A DNA stretch of 64,000 nucleotides from an uncultured Bacilli bacterium (GCA_910587065.1 CAJUMA010000001.1:82221-146220), one strand, 5' to 3'; shown: positions 52,220-63,186, counted from the stretch's first letter. A program made the numbers and translations. The notes: a model not told the origin generated them from the sequence alone.

Positions 52220-54160
52220 TTAATTTATATAAGCAAGCTCAGTACCTTCAAGGAAATAAAAGAGATTTTTCGATTTCGTATTATATTTTCCCGTTATTGG
52301 GTCCATAGGGACTGCAACAACGTTATCAGGTTTTGTATACCACACATCTTCCATATCTTTTTCAATAGTTTCCATTGTATCTAACCATATATTTTTAATA
52401 ATTTTTGAGTAAGTTTTAGGAGTCTCTTCGTTTAAGTCATTACCCGCCCATATTAGCATTAAAGCATTTTTGTTGTAACCTGATAACCAATAGTCATTAT
52501 CAGTTGTACCACTCTTTAAAGCATACTTATGGCTTAACTTTCCATTTAAATACAAGACAGTAGGAGAGTAGTAGTCAACAAAATTGTAATTATAAGTATT
52601 AGTCATCATTTCATTAACGATGTACGTAATAGACTCATCTAATACTCTCGTGTCTTCAATAGTTCGCTCATATATTTTATTTCCATTTATATCTTCTATT
52701 CTTCTAATAAAAAATAAATCTCTTTTTAAACCTCCAGAAGCTAAAGATGTGTAAGCAGTGGCATAGTCTAGCATATTAATTTCTTTTGCTCCCAAAGCAA
52801 GAGAAGGATTAGGTAATAAACTTTCCTTTAATCCACAAGTTTTAAGAGTATCAACAAGTGTGTTTTCTCCTAAAAAGAGATGCGTTTTCACAGCAAATAT
52901 GTTATCTGAATAAGCTAGAGCAGCAGCCATGGATATATCTTTATTTCCATATAAATCTCCATAATTAGTTGGAGTATATGTTTTATTCTCGCCAAATACA
53001 AAAGATGTTTTTTCCGATTTAAATGTGGAAGCAGATGTCATTCCATTATTTAAAGCAGCATAATATAAAAAAGGTTTAATAGTTGATCCAACTTGTCTTT
53101 TAGCTTGTGTTACACGGTTATATTGACTTTTCGTATAATTTTTGCCGCCAGCTAATGCCATAACGCCTCCAGTGTTAGGATTAACAATAACAGAAGCAAT
53201 TTGATTATTATCATCAACATTATTTTCTTTAATAGAGTTTTCCATAGCTGTTTGGGCATCAATATCTAAATTAGTATAAATCCTTAATCCACCATCATCT
53301 AATAAACTCTTTGGAATGTTTTTTATATTCTTAAGCTCAGCAATAACAGCATCTTGGTAATACATTAAAGTATCCAAATTATTGTTCTGATGTTTTCCAT
53401 ATACTTCTAAATCATTGAAATTAAGAGCATTAAATTCCTCTTCCGATATTATTTCATTATCTTTTAAAAAATTAGCGACAATTTTAACTCTTTTAAGATA
53501 AGAATCTTTATTACTAATTGGGTTATAATTATTGGGGCTTTTAGGAATACCTGCTAATGTAATTGCTTGCTCTATAGTTATGTCACTTATATCTTTGTTA
53601 AAATAATATTGAGCAGCATCTTTAACTCCATAAATACCTTGTCCAAAATATATGGTATTTAGATATCCTTCAAGTATCTCTTTTTTTGAATAATGTGTTT
53701 CTAATCTAATTGTTAAAAAAGCTTCTTCTATTTTTCTTTCCCAAGTTTGATCAAACTCTAAAAATAGGTTTTTTACATATTGTTGCGAAATTGAAGAAGC
53801 TCCTCCAACTATTTTTCCTGCACGCATATTTAAATATAAACTTTTTAATATTCTTAAAATATCAAATCCTTTGTGTTGATAAAAATGTTTATCTTCAACT
53901 GAAACAATATATTCAATAAATTTACTATCAATATTATCTAAAGATACCCACTCAGAATTATTAGAACCTTGATAAATAACATTGTCATTGCTATCGTAAA
54001 TATAATAAGAATTAGCTGTATTAAGTGCTATCGGGTCTGTAAAATAAGCAAATACATAAAGTCCGATTAAAACGACAATACCAATTATTCCTAACAAAAC
54101 TCCAATTTTAAATAATCGTTTTACATGTTTCATCACATCACCATTAATATATTGAGACAA
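52220..54160 (-). CDS. class A penicillin-binding protein (glycosyltransferase GT51 + transpeptidase)
   Basis: N-terminal TM. GT51 motif EDKHFYQHKGFD and RKIEEAF. Transpeptidase motifs STIKP (SxxK), SDN and KSGTT (KTG). Confidence 0.85.
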   Translation of the reverse strand: MSQYINGDVMKHVKRLFKIGVLLGIIGIVVLIGLYVFAYFTDPIALNTANSYYIYDSNDNVIYQGSNNSEWVSLDNIDSKFIEYIVSVEDKHFYQHKGFDILRILKSLYLNMRAGKIVGGASSISQQYVKNLFLEFDQTWERKIEEAFLTIRLETHYSKKEILEGYLNTIYFGQGIYGVKDAAQYYFNKDISDITIEQAITLAGIPKSPNNYNPISNKDSYLKRVKIVANFLKDNEIISEEEFNALNFNDLEVYGKHQNNNLDTLMYYQDAVIAELKNIKNIPKSLLDDGGLRIYTNLDIDAQTAMENSIKENNVDDNNQIASVIVNPNTGGVMALAGGKNYTKSQYNRVTQAKRQVGSTIKPFLYYAALNNGMTSASTFKSEKTSFVFGENKTYTPTNYGDLYGNKDISMAAALAYSDNIFAVKTHLFLGENTLVDTLKTCGLKESLLPNPSLALGAKEINMLDYATAYTSLASGGLKRDLFFIRRIEDINGNKIYERTIEDTRVLDESITYIVNEMMTNTYNYNFVDYYSPTVLYLNGKLSHKYALKSGTTDNDYWLSGYNKNALMLIWAGNDLNEETPKTYSKIIKNIWLDTMETIEKDMEDVWYTKPDNVVAVPMDPITGKYNTKSKNLFYFLEGTELAYIN

Positions 54161-54200
54161 TTTAAAAAAAATATGATAAAATACGCCTAAAGGTGATTAT

Positions 54201-54539
54201 ATGAATAAACTTCACTTTATAATGGAGTCTAACAAAAAAGAAATCATAAATGAGTATCCAGCATATTATACAAAAGATGAAAAAATCATTTTTAAAATAA
54301 ATGATGAAATTTATCAATATGATAAAAAAAACATTATTCTAAGTAAGAAAGATTCTGAAAAAGAATTAGTAATAAAATTTAAGGAAAAACTTATAATAAT
54401 TGCAGTGAATATTAATAATATTAAAATAGATTATCCTATCGCAAAAGTTAATGTACAAACAGACGAAAAAAAAGTGCTTTTGTCTTATGAATTGGATGAT
54501 ATAGAACCACTAAATAATAGGATAACAATAGAATTTTAA
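54201..54539 (+). CDS. hypothetical protein
   Basis: 112-aa ORF, no motif. Confidence 0.3.
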   Translation: MNKLHFIMESNKKEIINEYPAYYTKDEKIIFKINDEIYQYDKKNIILSKKDSEKELVIKFKEKLIIIAVNINNIKIDYPIAKVNVQTDEKKVLLSYELDDIEPLNNRITIEF

Positions 54540-54649
54540 TATTTTTATTGACAACACATAATTATATGATAAAATTATTATTGTTTTAAGTATCAATGAC
54601 ATTTTTTGATAACTTACATATAATGTTTTTTGTAATTAGGAGGAATATT

Positions 54650-55084
54650 ATGAAAAAAGTTAAAATATCACCAGAGGAGTTAGAACAAATGTCACATGCT
54701 GACGTTGCTAATATTGTACTAAAAGAGAACGGCAAAAAAATGACTATTCAAGACCTTTTTAAGGAAGTAATAAGAATTATGGGGTTGCCCGAAAGTTATT
54801 TTGAAAGCAAAATAGGTGATTTTTTTGGACTTTTATCAACTGATAAGAGATTTATAATGTTAGAAAAAGGATTTTGGGATTTAAAAGATAATCATTCCAC
54901 AAAAGTTGTTATAGATGATGAAGAAGACGATGAAATCATTATAGAAGAAGAGGAAGGTCTTGATGAAGTAGAGACTGATGAAGAAATTAACTTTGATGAT
55001 GACACAGTAGATGATGACGATGAGGATGATGATTTAAAAGATCTTGTTATCATGGATGACAGCGAAGGCGAAGATATGATGTAA
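54650..55084 (+). CDS. rpoE: DNA-directed RNA polymerase subunit delta (RpoE)
   Basis: AGGAGG RBS then MKKVKISPEELEQMSHADVANIVLKE...GDFFGLLSTDKRFIMLEKGFWDL (HARE-HTH N-domain), followed by a ~60-residue D/E-rich tail. Confidence 0.75.
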   Translation: MKKVKISPEELEQMSHADVANIVLKENGKKMTIQDLFKEVIRIMGLPESYFESKIGDFFGLLSTDKRFIMLEKGFWDLKDNHSTKVVIDDEEDDEIIIEEEEGLDEVETDEEINFDDDTVDDDDEDDDLKDLVIMDDSEGEDMM

Positions 55085-55116
55085 TTAGTGCTTCATTTAG
55101 AAAGTGAGGTAGCACA

Positions 55117-56172
55117 ATGCTAGAAAGACTAGAAATAATATATAATCATTATAAAGATATTGAACTTGAACTTAATTCGCCAGAAATTATAAATGATTAT
55201 ACGAAAATGACAAAGCTCTCTAAAGAGAAAGCTGATTTAGAACCAACTATAGAAAAGTATGAGGAATACAAAACCATCACAAATGAAATAGAAGAATTAA
55301 AAGAATTAGTGAACGATCCTGAAATGGGAGAAATGGCATCATTAGAACTAACAGAAAAACAAGAAAGACTTCCTATACTGACTCATGAAATTGAAGTTTT
55401 ACTTATTCCAAAAGATGAAAATGATGGAAAAAATATAATTATGGAAATACGTGGAGCTGCAGGAGGAGATGAAGCAAATATTTTTGCTGGGGATCTTTAC
55501 CGCATGTATACGAGATATGCAGAGAAGCAAGGATGGAAAACAGAAATTATAAATGAAGTTCCAGGAGCTTCTGGAGGATATGCTCAAATTGAGTTTTCAA
55601 TTAAAGGTGAAAGCGTTTATTCTAAGTTAAAATTTGAGAGTGGTTCACACCGTGTGCAAAGGGTACCAACAACTGAATCACAAGGAAGAATTCAAACCTC
55701 TACTGCTACAGTTGCGGTAATGCCAGAAGCAGAAGATTTAGATTTTGAATTAGATATGAACGAGATAAGAATAGATATAACACGTTCATCAGGTTGTGGT
55801 GGACAAGGGGTTAATACTACAGATTCAGCAGTTAGATTAACTCATATTCCAACTGGAATAATTGTTTACAGCCAAACGGAAAGATCTCAAATTAAAAATA
55901 AAGAAATTGCTATTAAAATAATGAAAACACGTTTATATGACTTAAAACTTCGTGAAAAAGAAGCAGCTGAAGGTGAAGAGAGAAGAAATAAAATTGGAAC
56001 TGGAGATCGTGCGGAAAAAATAAGAACTTATAACTATCCTCAAAATAGAGTTACAGATCATCGTATAGGTTTTAGTGTAATGAATTTAGAAAAAGTAATG
56101 GATGGAGATATAGACGCTATAATCGAGGCTTTAATTACTGAAGATCAAAGGAGAAAACTTGAAAATAGTTAA
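55117..56172 (+). CDS. prfA: peptide chain release factor 1
   Basis: GGQ motif RSSGCGGQGVNTT; RF1-type tripeptide region QRVPTTESQGRIQTSTATVAVMPE. Confidence 0.9.
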   Translation: MLERLEIIYNHYKDIELELNSPEIINDYTKMTKLSKEKADLEPTIEKYEEYKTITNEIEELKELVNDPEMGEMASLELTEKQERLPILTHEIEVLLIPKDENDGKNIIMEIRGAAGGDEANIFAGDLYRMYTRYAEKQGWKTEIINEVPGASGGYAQIEFSIKGESVYSKLKFESGSHRVQRVPTTESQGRIQTSTATVAVMPEAEDLDFELDMNEIRIDITRSSGCGGQGVNTTDSAVRLTHIPTGIIVYSQTERSQIKNKEIAIKIMKTRLYDLKLREKEAAEGEERRNKIGTGDRAEKIRTYNYPQNRVTDHRIGFSVMNLEKVMDGDIDAIIEALITEDQRRKLENS

Positions 56173-56899
56173 ACCAGATTATTTAACTCAAAATGACTGG
56201 GAATTATTAACAAAAAAATATAAAAATATGCACAGGGTTCTAAAAAAATTAAATAAGAACTATCCTGTGCAATATTTAATTGGAGATGTATCTTTTTACG
56301 GTTACAAGATTATTGTTAATAAAAATGTTTTAATTCCACGTTTTGAAACAGAAACTTTAGTTGAGAAAACTATTAATTATATAAAGAAATATAATTTAAC
56401 AGAAGGTAATGTATTAGATATCGGAACAGGATCTGGATGTATTCCAATAGTTTTAAAAAGTAACTTAAATAATCTAAAAATTACAGCAATAGATAAATCT
56501 AATAAAGCATTAAAAATAGCAAAAAAGAATTTAAAAAAGAATAACGTACAAATCGCGCTTATTAAACAAGATATCTTTAAATATAATCCATTAAACAAAT
56601 ATGATGTTCTTATAAGTAATCCACCCTATATAGACAAAGATGAAATAATAGACGAAAGATGTAAATATGAACCTAAAATGGCTTTATATGCAAAAAATAA
56701 AGGGCTTTCATTCTATGAATATATAATTTCATCAGCGAACAAATATCTAAATAAAAGGAGTATTTTGGCTTTCGAAATTGGCTACAAACAGGGTTCATAT
56801 TTAAAAAAATATGCTAAAACGTATTTTCCCCAAGCCAAAATTACCATAGAAAAAGATTTATCTGGAAAAGATAGATATTTATTTATAATAAATGAATAA
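56159..56899 (+). CDS. prmC: release factor glutamine methyltransferase PrmC (HemK)
   Basis: DIGTGSGCIP SAM motif and LISNPPYI (NPPY); overlaps prfA stop. Confidence 0.82.
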   Translation: MKIVKPDYLTQNDWELLTKKYKNMHRVLKKLNKNYPVQYLIGDVSFYGYKIIVNKNVLIPRFETETLVEKTINYIKKYNLTEGNVLDIGTGSGCIPIVLKSNLNNLKITAIDKSNKALKIAKKNLKKNNVQIALIKQDIFKYNPLNKYDVLISNPPYIDKDEIIDERCKYEPKMALYAKNKGLSFYEYIISSANKYLNKRSILAFEIGYKQGSYLKKYAKTYFPQAKITIEKDLSGKDRYLFIINE

Positions 56900-56945
56900 A
56901 TTTATAAATACTTTCCCATATATAAAGTAGAAAGGGAGAGTACTT

Positions 56946-57461
56946 ATGAAAAAAGCACTAGTCTTAGTAGCAATAGTCATGATTTTAATAGTAAGTCATA
57001 AAGAAGAATCTATAATAATTCCCGAAAGCTCAATCCGTTTTCGTGTTATAGCAAACTCAAACACATTAGAAGATCAAACAAATAAAAATAAAGTTAGCAA
57101 AAACTTAGGAACATACGTGACAAATTTAGTAAAAAATGCCAAAACCAAAGAAGAGGCAACTAAGTTACTAAATGAAAATTATGAAAATATAGATAAGTAT
57201 ATAGAAGGACTTTTAGCAGAAAATAATATAAATATTACTTATGACCTAAATATTGGAAAAAACTATTTTGGGAAAAAGAACTACAAAGGAATAAATTATG
57301 ATGCGGGCTATTATGATTCTCTAGTTTTATCGTTAGGAAAAAAACAAGGAACAAATTGGTGGTGTATTATGTATCCGCCACTTTGTTTGATAGATGAAGA
57401 AACAGAGAAGGTAGAATACACAACACTTGTCAAAGATATGTTAGATAAATACAAATTCTAA
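56946..57461 (+). CDS. spoIIR: stage II sporulation protein R
   Basis: Signal peptide. IRFRVIANSNTLEDQ and GTNWWCIMYPPLCLID match SpoIIR (IRLRILANSDSDQDQ...GANWWCVLFPPLCFLD). Confidence 0.82.
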   Translation: MKKALVLVAIVMILIVSHKEESIIIPESSIRFRVIANSNTLEDQTNKNKVSKNLGTYVTNLVKNAKTKEEATKLLNENYENIDKYIEGLLAENNINITYDLNIGKNYFGKKNYKGINYDAGYYDSLVLSLGKKQGTNWWCIMYPPLCLIDEETEKVEYTTLVKDMLDKYKF

Positions 57462-57753
57462 CATATTTTTTTGTAATTTTTTTGGAAATATTAATTCTCT
57501 TCAAAACTATTAAGTTAATAATGACTGAAGTTTAATTCTTGATATAACATATCTAAATAAAAAATTTTTAACAAAAAAAGATAATTATTTCTAAGTAATA
57601 GAATATATATATGTTGTAATATATAAAAACAAAAAAGATAAACAGGCAACGAATGGTGTTTAGAATTAGATTGTTTGCCTATTTTCATTTGATTTACATC
57701 AGATTGTTGAATAAAGAAGTATTAAATAATATAATTAGTATAGAAAAAAGCGA

Positions 57754-59025
57754 ATGGATGATAATATGAAAAGAATAATTATAGATGGTGGTCAAGAAAT
57801 TAGCGGTACGATTAAGATAAGCGGAGCAAAAAATTCTATTGTAGCCTTACTCCCTGCTAGTATCTTAACAAATGGAAAATGTGTAATAAAAAATGTTCCA
57901 GATATAAGTGATGTAAGAATTCTTTTAGAAATGTTAGAATATTTAGGCTCAGTTGTTTCCTTTGAAGATGAAACAATAATTATTGACAATAGTAATGTTC
58001 AAAATAAAGATATTACGGAAGAGTTTGCCTCTCAATTAAGAGCTTCATATTACTTTATGGGATCAATGATAGCAAAGTTTCATCATGCAAAGATTGCTTT
58101 TCCAGGTGGATGTGTAATCGGATCAAGACCAATAGATATTCATTTAGATTCATTTAGAAAAATGGGAATAAAAATAGAAGAAAAAGTTAATGAATTTATT
58201 ATGGATGTCGATAAACTGGAAGGGAATTATTTATATTTAAATTTTCCATCGGTTGGAGCAACAATTAATATTATATTAGCATCCGTTCTTGCTGAGGGTA
58301 AAACAATCATTGAAAATGCTGCAAAGGAACCTGAAATAGCTAATATAGCATCTTTTCTTAATTCAATGGGAGCTCGTATATTTGGAGCAGGTACATCAAA
58401 AATTATTATTGAAGGGGTCAAAGAATTAAAAGATGGATTTGTCGAGGTAATTCCGGATAGAATAGAAGCAGGAACTTATTTAATCATTGGAGCACTACTA
58501 GGAAATAATTTAAAGATAGAAAATGTAATAGAAAGTCATATTGATTCTATGCTTTATAAACTTAAAGAGGCTGGTGTTAAATATAAAAGTTGTGGAAATT
58601 CAATTGAAATATCACGGGCAAAAGAACTAAAACCAATTAATATAAAAACTACAGTTTATCCTGGTTTTCCAACGGATTTAGGTCAACCCATATCAACTTT
58701 TTTAACTCAATGTAATGGAGAATGTTTATTTGAAGAAACTATCTATGAAAATAGATTAAGACATATACCTCATTTAAATGCTATGGGAGCAAATATAAAA
58801 GTATTTGATAATAAGGCCCTTGTAATTGGAAAAACGCCTCTTCATGGCCGTAAAGTAAAAGCAACAGACTTAAGGGCGGGAGCAAGTATGTTGGTTGCGG
58901 GTCTAATTGCCGATGGCAGAACTGAAATATGTAATATTGAACATCTTTTAAGGGGATACGAAAGAATAGTAGATAAGTTATCCAGTGTTGGAGTAAAAAT
59001 AGAATTGATAGATCTTCCAGAATAA
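57754..59025 (+). CDS. murA: UDP-N-acetylglucosamine 1-carboxyvinyltransferase
   Basis: IDGGQEISGTIKISGAKNS, active-site Cys loop FPGGCVIGSRPID, 423 aa. Confidence 0.9.
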   Translation: MDDNMKRIIIDGGQEISGTIKISGAKNSIVALLPASILTNGKCVIKNVPDISDVRILLEMLEYLGSVVSFEDETIIIDNSNVQNKDITEEFASQLRASYYFMGSMIAKFHHAKIAFPGGCVIGSRPIDIHLDSFRKMGIKIEEKVNEFIMDVDKLEGNYLYLNFPSVGATINIILASVLAEGKTIIENAAKEPEIANIASFLNSMGARIFGAGTSKIIIEGVKELKDGFVEVIPDRIEAGTYLIIGALLGNNLKIENVIESHIDSMLYKLKEAGVKYKSCGNSIEISRAKELKPINIKTTVYPGFPTDLGQPISTFLTQCNGECLFEETIYENRLRHIPHLNAMGANIKVFDNKALVIGKTPLHGRKVKATDLRAGASMLVAGLIADGRTEICNIEHLLRGYERIVDKLSSVGVKIELIDLPE

Positions 59026-59139
59026 CAAAGTTAGACACATTTATTTAAATAATTATTGCAAAAACGCAAAAGTGTGTTATACTAAACAAGTAATGAATTT
59101 CTATAACTCGGACTGGGTTATGGCGGAAGGAGGATTTAG

Positions 59140-59340
59140 ATGAAGAAGAATTTACATCCAAATCAAGTTGAATGCACTTTTAAATGTGCTTGTGGAGCAA
59201 CATTCAAAGCCAAAAGCAACAAAGAAGAACAATTACTAGAAGTATGTTCTGAATGTCATCCATTTTATAAAGGTTCACAAGGAAACCGTAAGAAAACCGG
59301 TAATATTGAAAAATTCAACAAAAAATATAATCTTGATTAA
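59140..59340 (+). CDS. rpmE: 50S ribosomal protein L31 (type A, Zn-binding)
   Basis: MKKNLHPNQVECTFKCACG...CSECHPFY. Confidence 0.9.
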   Translation: MKKNLHPNQVECTFKCACGATFKAKSNKEEQLLEVCSECHPFYKGSQGNRKKTGNIEKFNKKYNLD

Positions 59341-59406
59341 TGAAAAGCTAGCTTTTGCTAGTTTTTTTCTTTTTCTGTATTTGTTATAATAAGAGTAGGT
59401 GATAAT

Positions 59407-60405
59407 ATGGGAAAACTCAGTTATTTAGTAAAAAGAATAAAAAAAATGGATTATAGTAAGATGTTTAAAACTATTGATTTAGTTCACGAGAAAACAAATA
59501 AATCTAAAATAAGCATTTTTTTTGATATCATTAACTGTGGTATAAAGTATCAAGCAGGGTATGTCGACTATAATCTATACGAGATGTATAAGATGAATGA
59601 AGAGGAAAGAAAAACAGTAATAACTCGCGGAATCAACAATGATATTATAAAAAAATATAACAATATGAATGAGGCATATAAATTTGAGGACAAAGCGTTA
59701 TTTAATCATTTATTTGATAAATATCTAAATCGTGAGTGGATTTACTTAAAAGAATCTAATGTCGATGAATTTAAAAAGTATTTAAAAGGAAAAAAAGAAG
59801 TAATTGTAAAACCACTATCTCTTTCCTGTGGTAAAGGTGTTGAAAAAATTAATGTAAAAGACTGCAATGTTGAAGAATTATACGAGCATTTAATGAGTAC
59901 AAATCAAACTCTTGTTGAAGACGTAGCAGTGCAGAATAAAGTATTAAATAAAATATATCCTCATTCAGTAAATACTATAAGAATAGTAACCCTTAACAAG
60001 GTAGTAGTTGCAGCATTATTACGAATTGGAAACAAAGGAAATATTGTTGACAATTTTAATCATGAAGGCATGGTTACAACAATTGATATAAATTCAGGCT
60101 ATATTAATTATCCCGCAATTGATAAAGTTGGAAATATCTACGAGATTCATCCAGAAACAAAAACAAAAATAATTGGTACTCAAATACCAATGTGGGATGA
60201 TGTAAAAAAATTATGTATTGAAGCTTGTGATATAATTCCCGAACTTGGGTACGTTGGATGGGATGTTTGTTTAGGAGAAGAAAAACCATTTTTAATAGAA
60301 GGAAATGATTTTCCTGGACATGATCTATATCAACTACCAGTACACAGAAGGGATAACTATGGATTGCTTCCCGAGTTTGAAAAAGCAATGAAAGAAGGTA
60401 AATAA
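59407..60405 (+). CDS. sugar-transfer-associated ATP-grasp (TupA-like) protein
   Basis: 332 aa; KPLSLSCGKGVEKI, LLRIGNKGNIVDNFNHEG and IEGN motifs resemble the TupA-like ATP-grasp family. Confidence 0.4.
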   Translation: MGKLSYLVKRIKKMDYSKMFKTIDLVHEKTNKSKISIFFDIINCGIKYQAGYVDYNLYEMYKMNEEERKTVITRGINNDIIKKYNNMNEAYKFEDKALFNHLFDKYLNREWIYLKESNVDEFKKYLKGKKEVIVKPLSLSCGKGVEKINVKDCNVEELYEHLMSTNQTLVEDVAVQNKVLNKIYPHSVNTIRIVTLNKVVVAALLRIGNKGNIVDNFNHEGMVTTIDINSGYINYPAIDKVGNIYEIHPETKTKIIGTQIPMWDDVKKLCIEACDIIPELGYVGWDVCLGEEKPFLIEGNDFPGHDLYQLPVHRRDNYGLLPEFEKAMKEGK

Positions 60406-60855
60406 ATGAAAGTCGGAATTGCAACAGACCATAATGGTGTAAATGAAAAAAGAGAGCTAATTGAGTATTTGAATACTTTAGGATACGAAGTTATAGATTA
60501 CAGCACTAATAATACTCCTATTGATGATTATCCAGATTTTGCCTCAATTGTTTGTAAAAGCATAATAAACAAAGAAATTGATCAAGGAATTTTAATGTGT
60601 GGAACAGGAATAGGTATGTCCATCACTGCCAATAAGTATAGTGGAATAAGATGCGCTAAAGTGTCTACATCTGAAGAAGCTAAGCTAGCTCGTGAACACA
60701 ATGATGCCAATATTATTGCATTAAGTTATAAGATGTCTATAGAGGAATTAAAAACTATAATAAAGTCCTTCCTTGAAACTGCATATTCTAAAGATGAAAG
60801 ACATATAAGAAGAATTAATAAAATAAGAAAAATTGAGGAAGAAAATGGTTTATAA
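60406..60855 (+). CDS. rpiB: ribose-5-phosphate isomerase B (RpiB/LacAB family)
   Basis: MKVGIATDHNGV, CGTGIGMSITANK active-site region, 149 aa. Confidence 0.85.
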   Translation: MKVGIATDHNGVNEKRELIEYLNTLGYEVIDYSTNNTPIDDYPDFASIVCKSIINKEIDQGILMCGTGIGMSITANKYSGIRCAKVSTSEEAKLAREHNDANIIALSYKMSIEELKTIIKSFLETAYSKDERHIRRINKIRKIEEENGL

Positions 60856-61048
60856 GCTTTGCATATATATAATATCTTTAATGCTTAGTATATTCGCTGT
60901 AAGCGGAATAAATATTAATTCTATATTTAAAAAAGGACATATTAAAGAAGCAAATGTTTTTATGCTAATTGTAATTGTATCATTAACATATTTACTTGCA
61001 AACTTTATTTTAGACATAACTTCTATTAATTTAATGCCTCTTACTTAA
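60833..61048 (+). CDS. small two-TM membrane protein
   Basis: 71-aa hydrophobic ORF overlapping the rpiB 3' end. Confidence 0.3.
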   Translation: MRKKMVYKLCIYIISLMLSIFAVSGININSIFKKGHIKEANVFMLIVIVSLTYLLANFILDITSINLMPLT

Positions 61049-61103
61049 ATCGACAAAATAATAACAAAAAAAATATTACCTTATTTATAGGTGATATTTT
61101 TTT

Positions 61104-61976
61104 ATGAAGGAATCAATTATTAATTTTTTTATATACTCTTTAATTTTTGTTTTACTTATCGGATATTTTAAATATATAAATACGTCTACTCAAGAAAAGG
61201 TAGATGTTCCCTCAAAACAAGAAGAAACCATCGAAATAAAAACAGATGAGGAACTTGAGAACTATCTTGTTCAAGTTGTTGCTTGTGAAATGCCTGCACT
61301 TTATGAGAATGAAGCTTTAAAAGCTCAAGCCATAGCGTCAAGAACATACGCACTTTATCAAAGAGATATAAACAATGTTGGTCTTACTGCTCAAGATCAA
61401 TGTTTTTTAACAGAAGATAAAATGCATGATAAATGGGGAGATGATTATCAAAAATATTATGACATAATAAAAAATGCTGTTAAAGAAACAGAAAGTTATG
61501 TTATGAAAAAAAATAATGCTTTGTTTAAAAGTTTCTATTTTTCAACATCAAATGGATATACAGAAGATTCAATGACTGTTTTTAAAGAAGGAGATATCTC
61601 TTCTGTTTCATCTCCTTGGGATAAAGAAAATAAAAATTTCGAAGTAAAAATTTACTTAGATAAAACAGAATTAATAAAAAATTTAGGAGAATTTAATAAT
61701 ATTACAATCACTAAAAGAAACGAAACCAATCATGTTGAAGAAGTACAAGTTGATGAAAAAACATTAACAGGAATAGAGTTTAGAAAAAAACTAAATTTAC
61801 GAAGTACAGATTTTGATATAAATGAAGTAAATGGAAGCTATGAAATAACAACAAGAGGTTATGGCCATGGAGTCGGAATGAGTCAATATGGAGCAAATAT
61901 GTTAGCTAAAGAAAACAAAAATTGTGAAAGTATTTTGAAATATTATTATGGGAATATCGAAATAAAAAAATATTAG
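61104..61976 (+). CDS. spoIID: stage II sporulation protein D (SpoIID/LytB domain)
   Basis: N-terminal TM. YLVQVVACEMPALYENEALKAQAIASRTYAL and FSTSNGYTEDS...HGVGMSQYGA motifs. Confidence 0.82.
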   Translation: MKESIINFFIYSLIFVLLIGYFKYINTSTQEKVDVPSKQEETIEIKTDEELENYLVQVVACEMPALYENEALKAQAIASRTYALYQRDINNVGLTAQDQCFLTEDKMHDKWGDDYQKYYDIIKNAVKETESYVMKKNNALFKSFYFSTSNGYTEDSMTVFKEGDISSVSSPWDKENKNFEVKIYLDKTELIKNLGEFNNITITKRNETNHVEEVQVDEKTLTGIEFRKKLNLRSTDFDINEVNGSYEITTRGYGHGVGMSQYGANMLAKENKNCESILKYYYGNIEIKKY

Positions 61977-62023
61977 TATAATAATTTACTTTTTGCTAAC
62001 ACTTTTATTAGGAAGGTGATAAT

Positions 62024-62656
62024 GTGAAATCTAAAAAAGTAGTTGAAGTAGTTAGCTTAAGTTTTCTTATTTTGTTTGTGGTAGGTATCATTGGAGTAAC
62101 ATCTTTTATATCTAAAAACATTTTCTATGCATTAAAAGGAGATGATAATTCTTTTGTCTTAAAAGATATTGCCTCATCTGATTTACCAGTAATTAATGAA
62201 GTAAAAAAAGTAGTTGAAAAACCATTTAATGACGAAAAGACAAATATCAATGTAAATTTTTATAGTAAGACTTCTTCAAAAGAAGAACAAGAAAAAGCAT
62301 TAATATTATACGATAATACTTATATGCCAAGCACGGGTATAATCTATTCCAATGAAAACGCGTTTGATATATTAGCTGTTGCTGAAGGAAAAATTGAAGA
62401 TATAAAAGAAGATGAAATATTTGGTACAATAATAACTATTAAACACACAAATAATTTAACAACTAAATACTCTAGCATAAAAGATGCCAAAGTAAATGTT
62501 GGAGATACAGTTAATACAGGAGAGATTATTGGTACAAGTGGTGTTAACAAAGTAACAAGTGTTTCTGAAAATATGTTATACTTTGAAATGATTCATAATG
62601 GCAAATATGTAAATCCAGAAGAATACTACAATAAAGAAATCGAAGAAATGAATTAA
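62024..62656 (+). CDS. membrane-anchored degenerate M23/LytM-domain protein (SpoIIQ-like)
   Basis: N-terminal TM. LytM fold GTIITIKHTNNLTTKYSSI...VGDTVNTGEIIGTSG...MLYFEMIHNGKYVNP, but the catalytic HxxxD and HLH His residues are replaced, as in SpoIIQ. Adjacent to spoIID. Confidence 0.5.
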   Translation: MKSKKVVEVVSLSFLILFVVGIIGVTSFISKNIFYALKGDDNSFVLKDIASSDLPVINEVKKVVEKPFNDEKTNINVNFYSKTSSKEEQEKALILYDNTYMPSTGIIYSNENAFDILAVAEGKIEDIKEDEIFGTIITIKHTNNLTTKYSSIKDAKVNVGDTVNTGEIIGTSGVNKVTSVSENMLYFEMIHNGKYVNPEEYYNKEIEEMN

Positions 62657-63186
62657 TGAATAAGAGTAAACTCTATATAAAAATAACAGATAAGTACATC
62701 TATACTTATAATAACAAGAGGGTAAAAAAATATGAATCAAAGTATATTAAAGATGGAAAAGTAGATAATGCTCATAAACTCATTATATACTTAAATAGTA
62801 TTTTAAATAAAAGTTTTATAAAAAAAAGATATATTTTTATCTTGGATACTCTTTTATGTAATTCGGATTTATTTGTTTATCGTTATGTATTTGAAAATAT
62901 GGGATTGTTAAATTATAAAATCATTACAGATGCGGATATATTGAAAACACATCTAACTGAAGACAATCTGATAATAATGAATTGGAGTTCTTCGACAAAT
63001 TATTGTTATTTAAATAATGGAGAAATCGCGATAAATAAGTTCAACCAAAATGTTATAAACAATTTAGATAAGAAATATATATTAACAATTGGCGATGAAG
63101 ATATATATATTAGTACAAATACACCAGTATATAACTATGAAAATAAAGAGAATGTTATATTTAATTTTCTAAAAGAAAGTAAATAG
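62656..63186 (+). CDS. hypothetical protein
   Basis: 176-aa ORF, start overlaps the previous stop. Confidence 0.3.
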   Translation: MNKSKLYIKITDKYIYTYNNKRVKKYESKYIKDGKVDNAHKLIIYLNSILNKSFIKKRYIFILDTLLCNSDLFVYRYVFENMGLLNYKIITDADILKTHLTEDNLIIMNWSSSTNYCYLNNGEIAINKFNQNVINNLDKKYILTIGDEDIYISTNTPVYNYENKENVIFNFLKESK

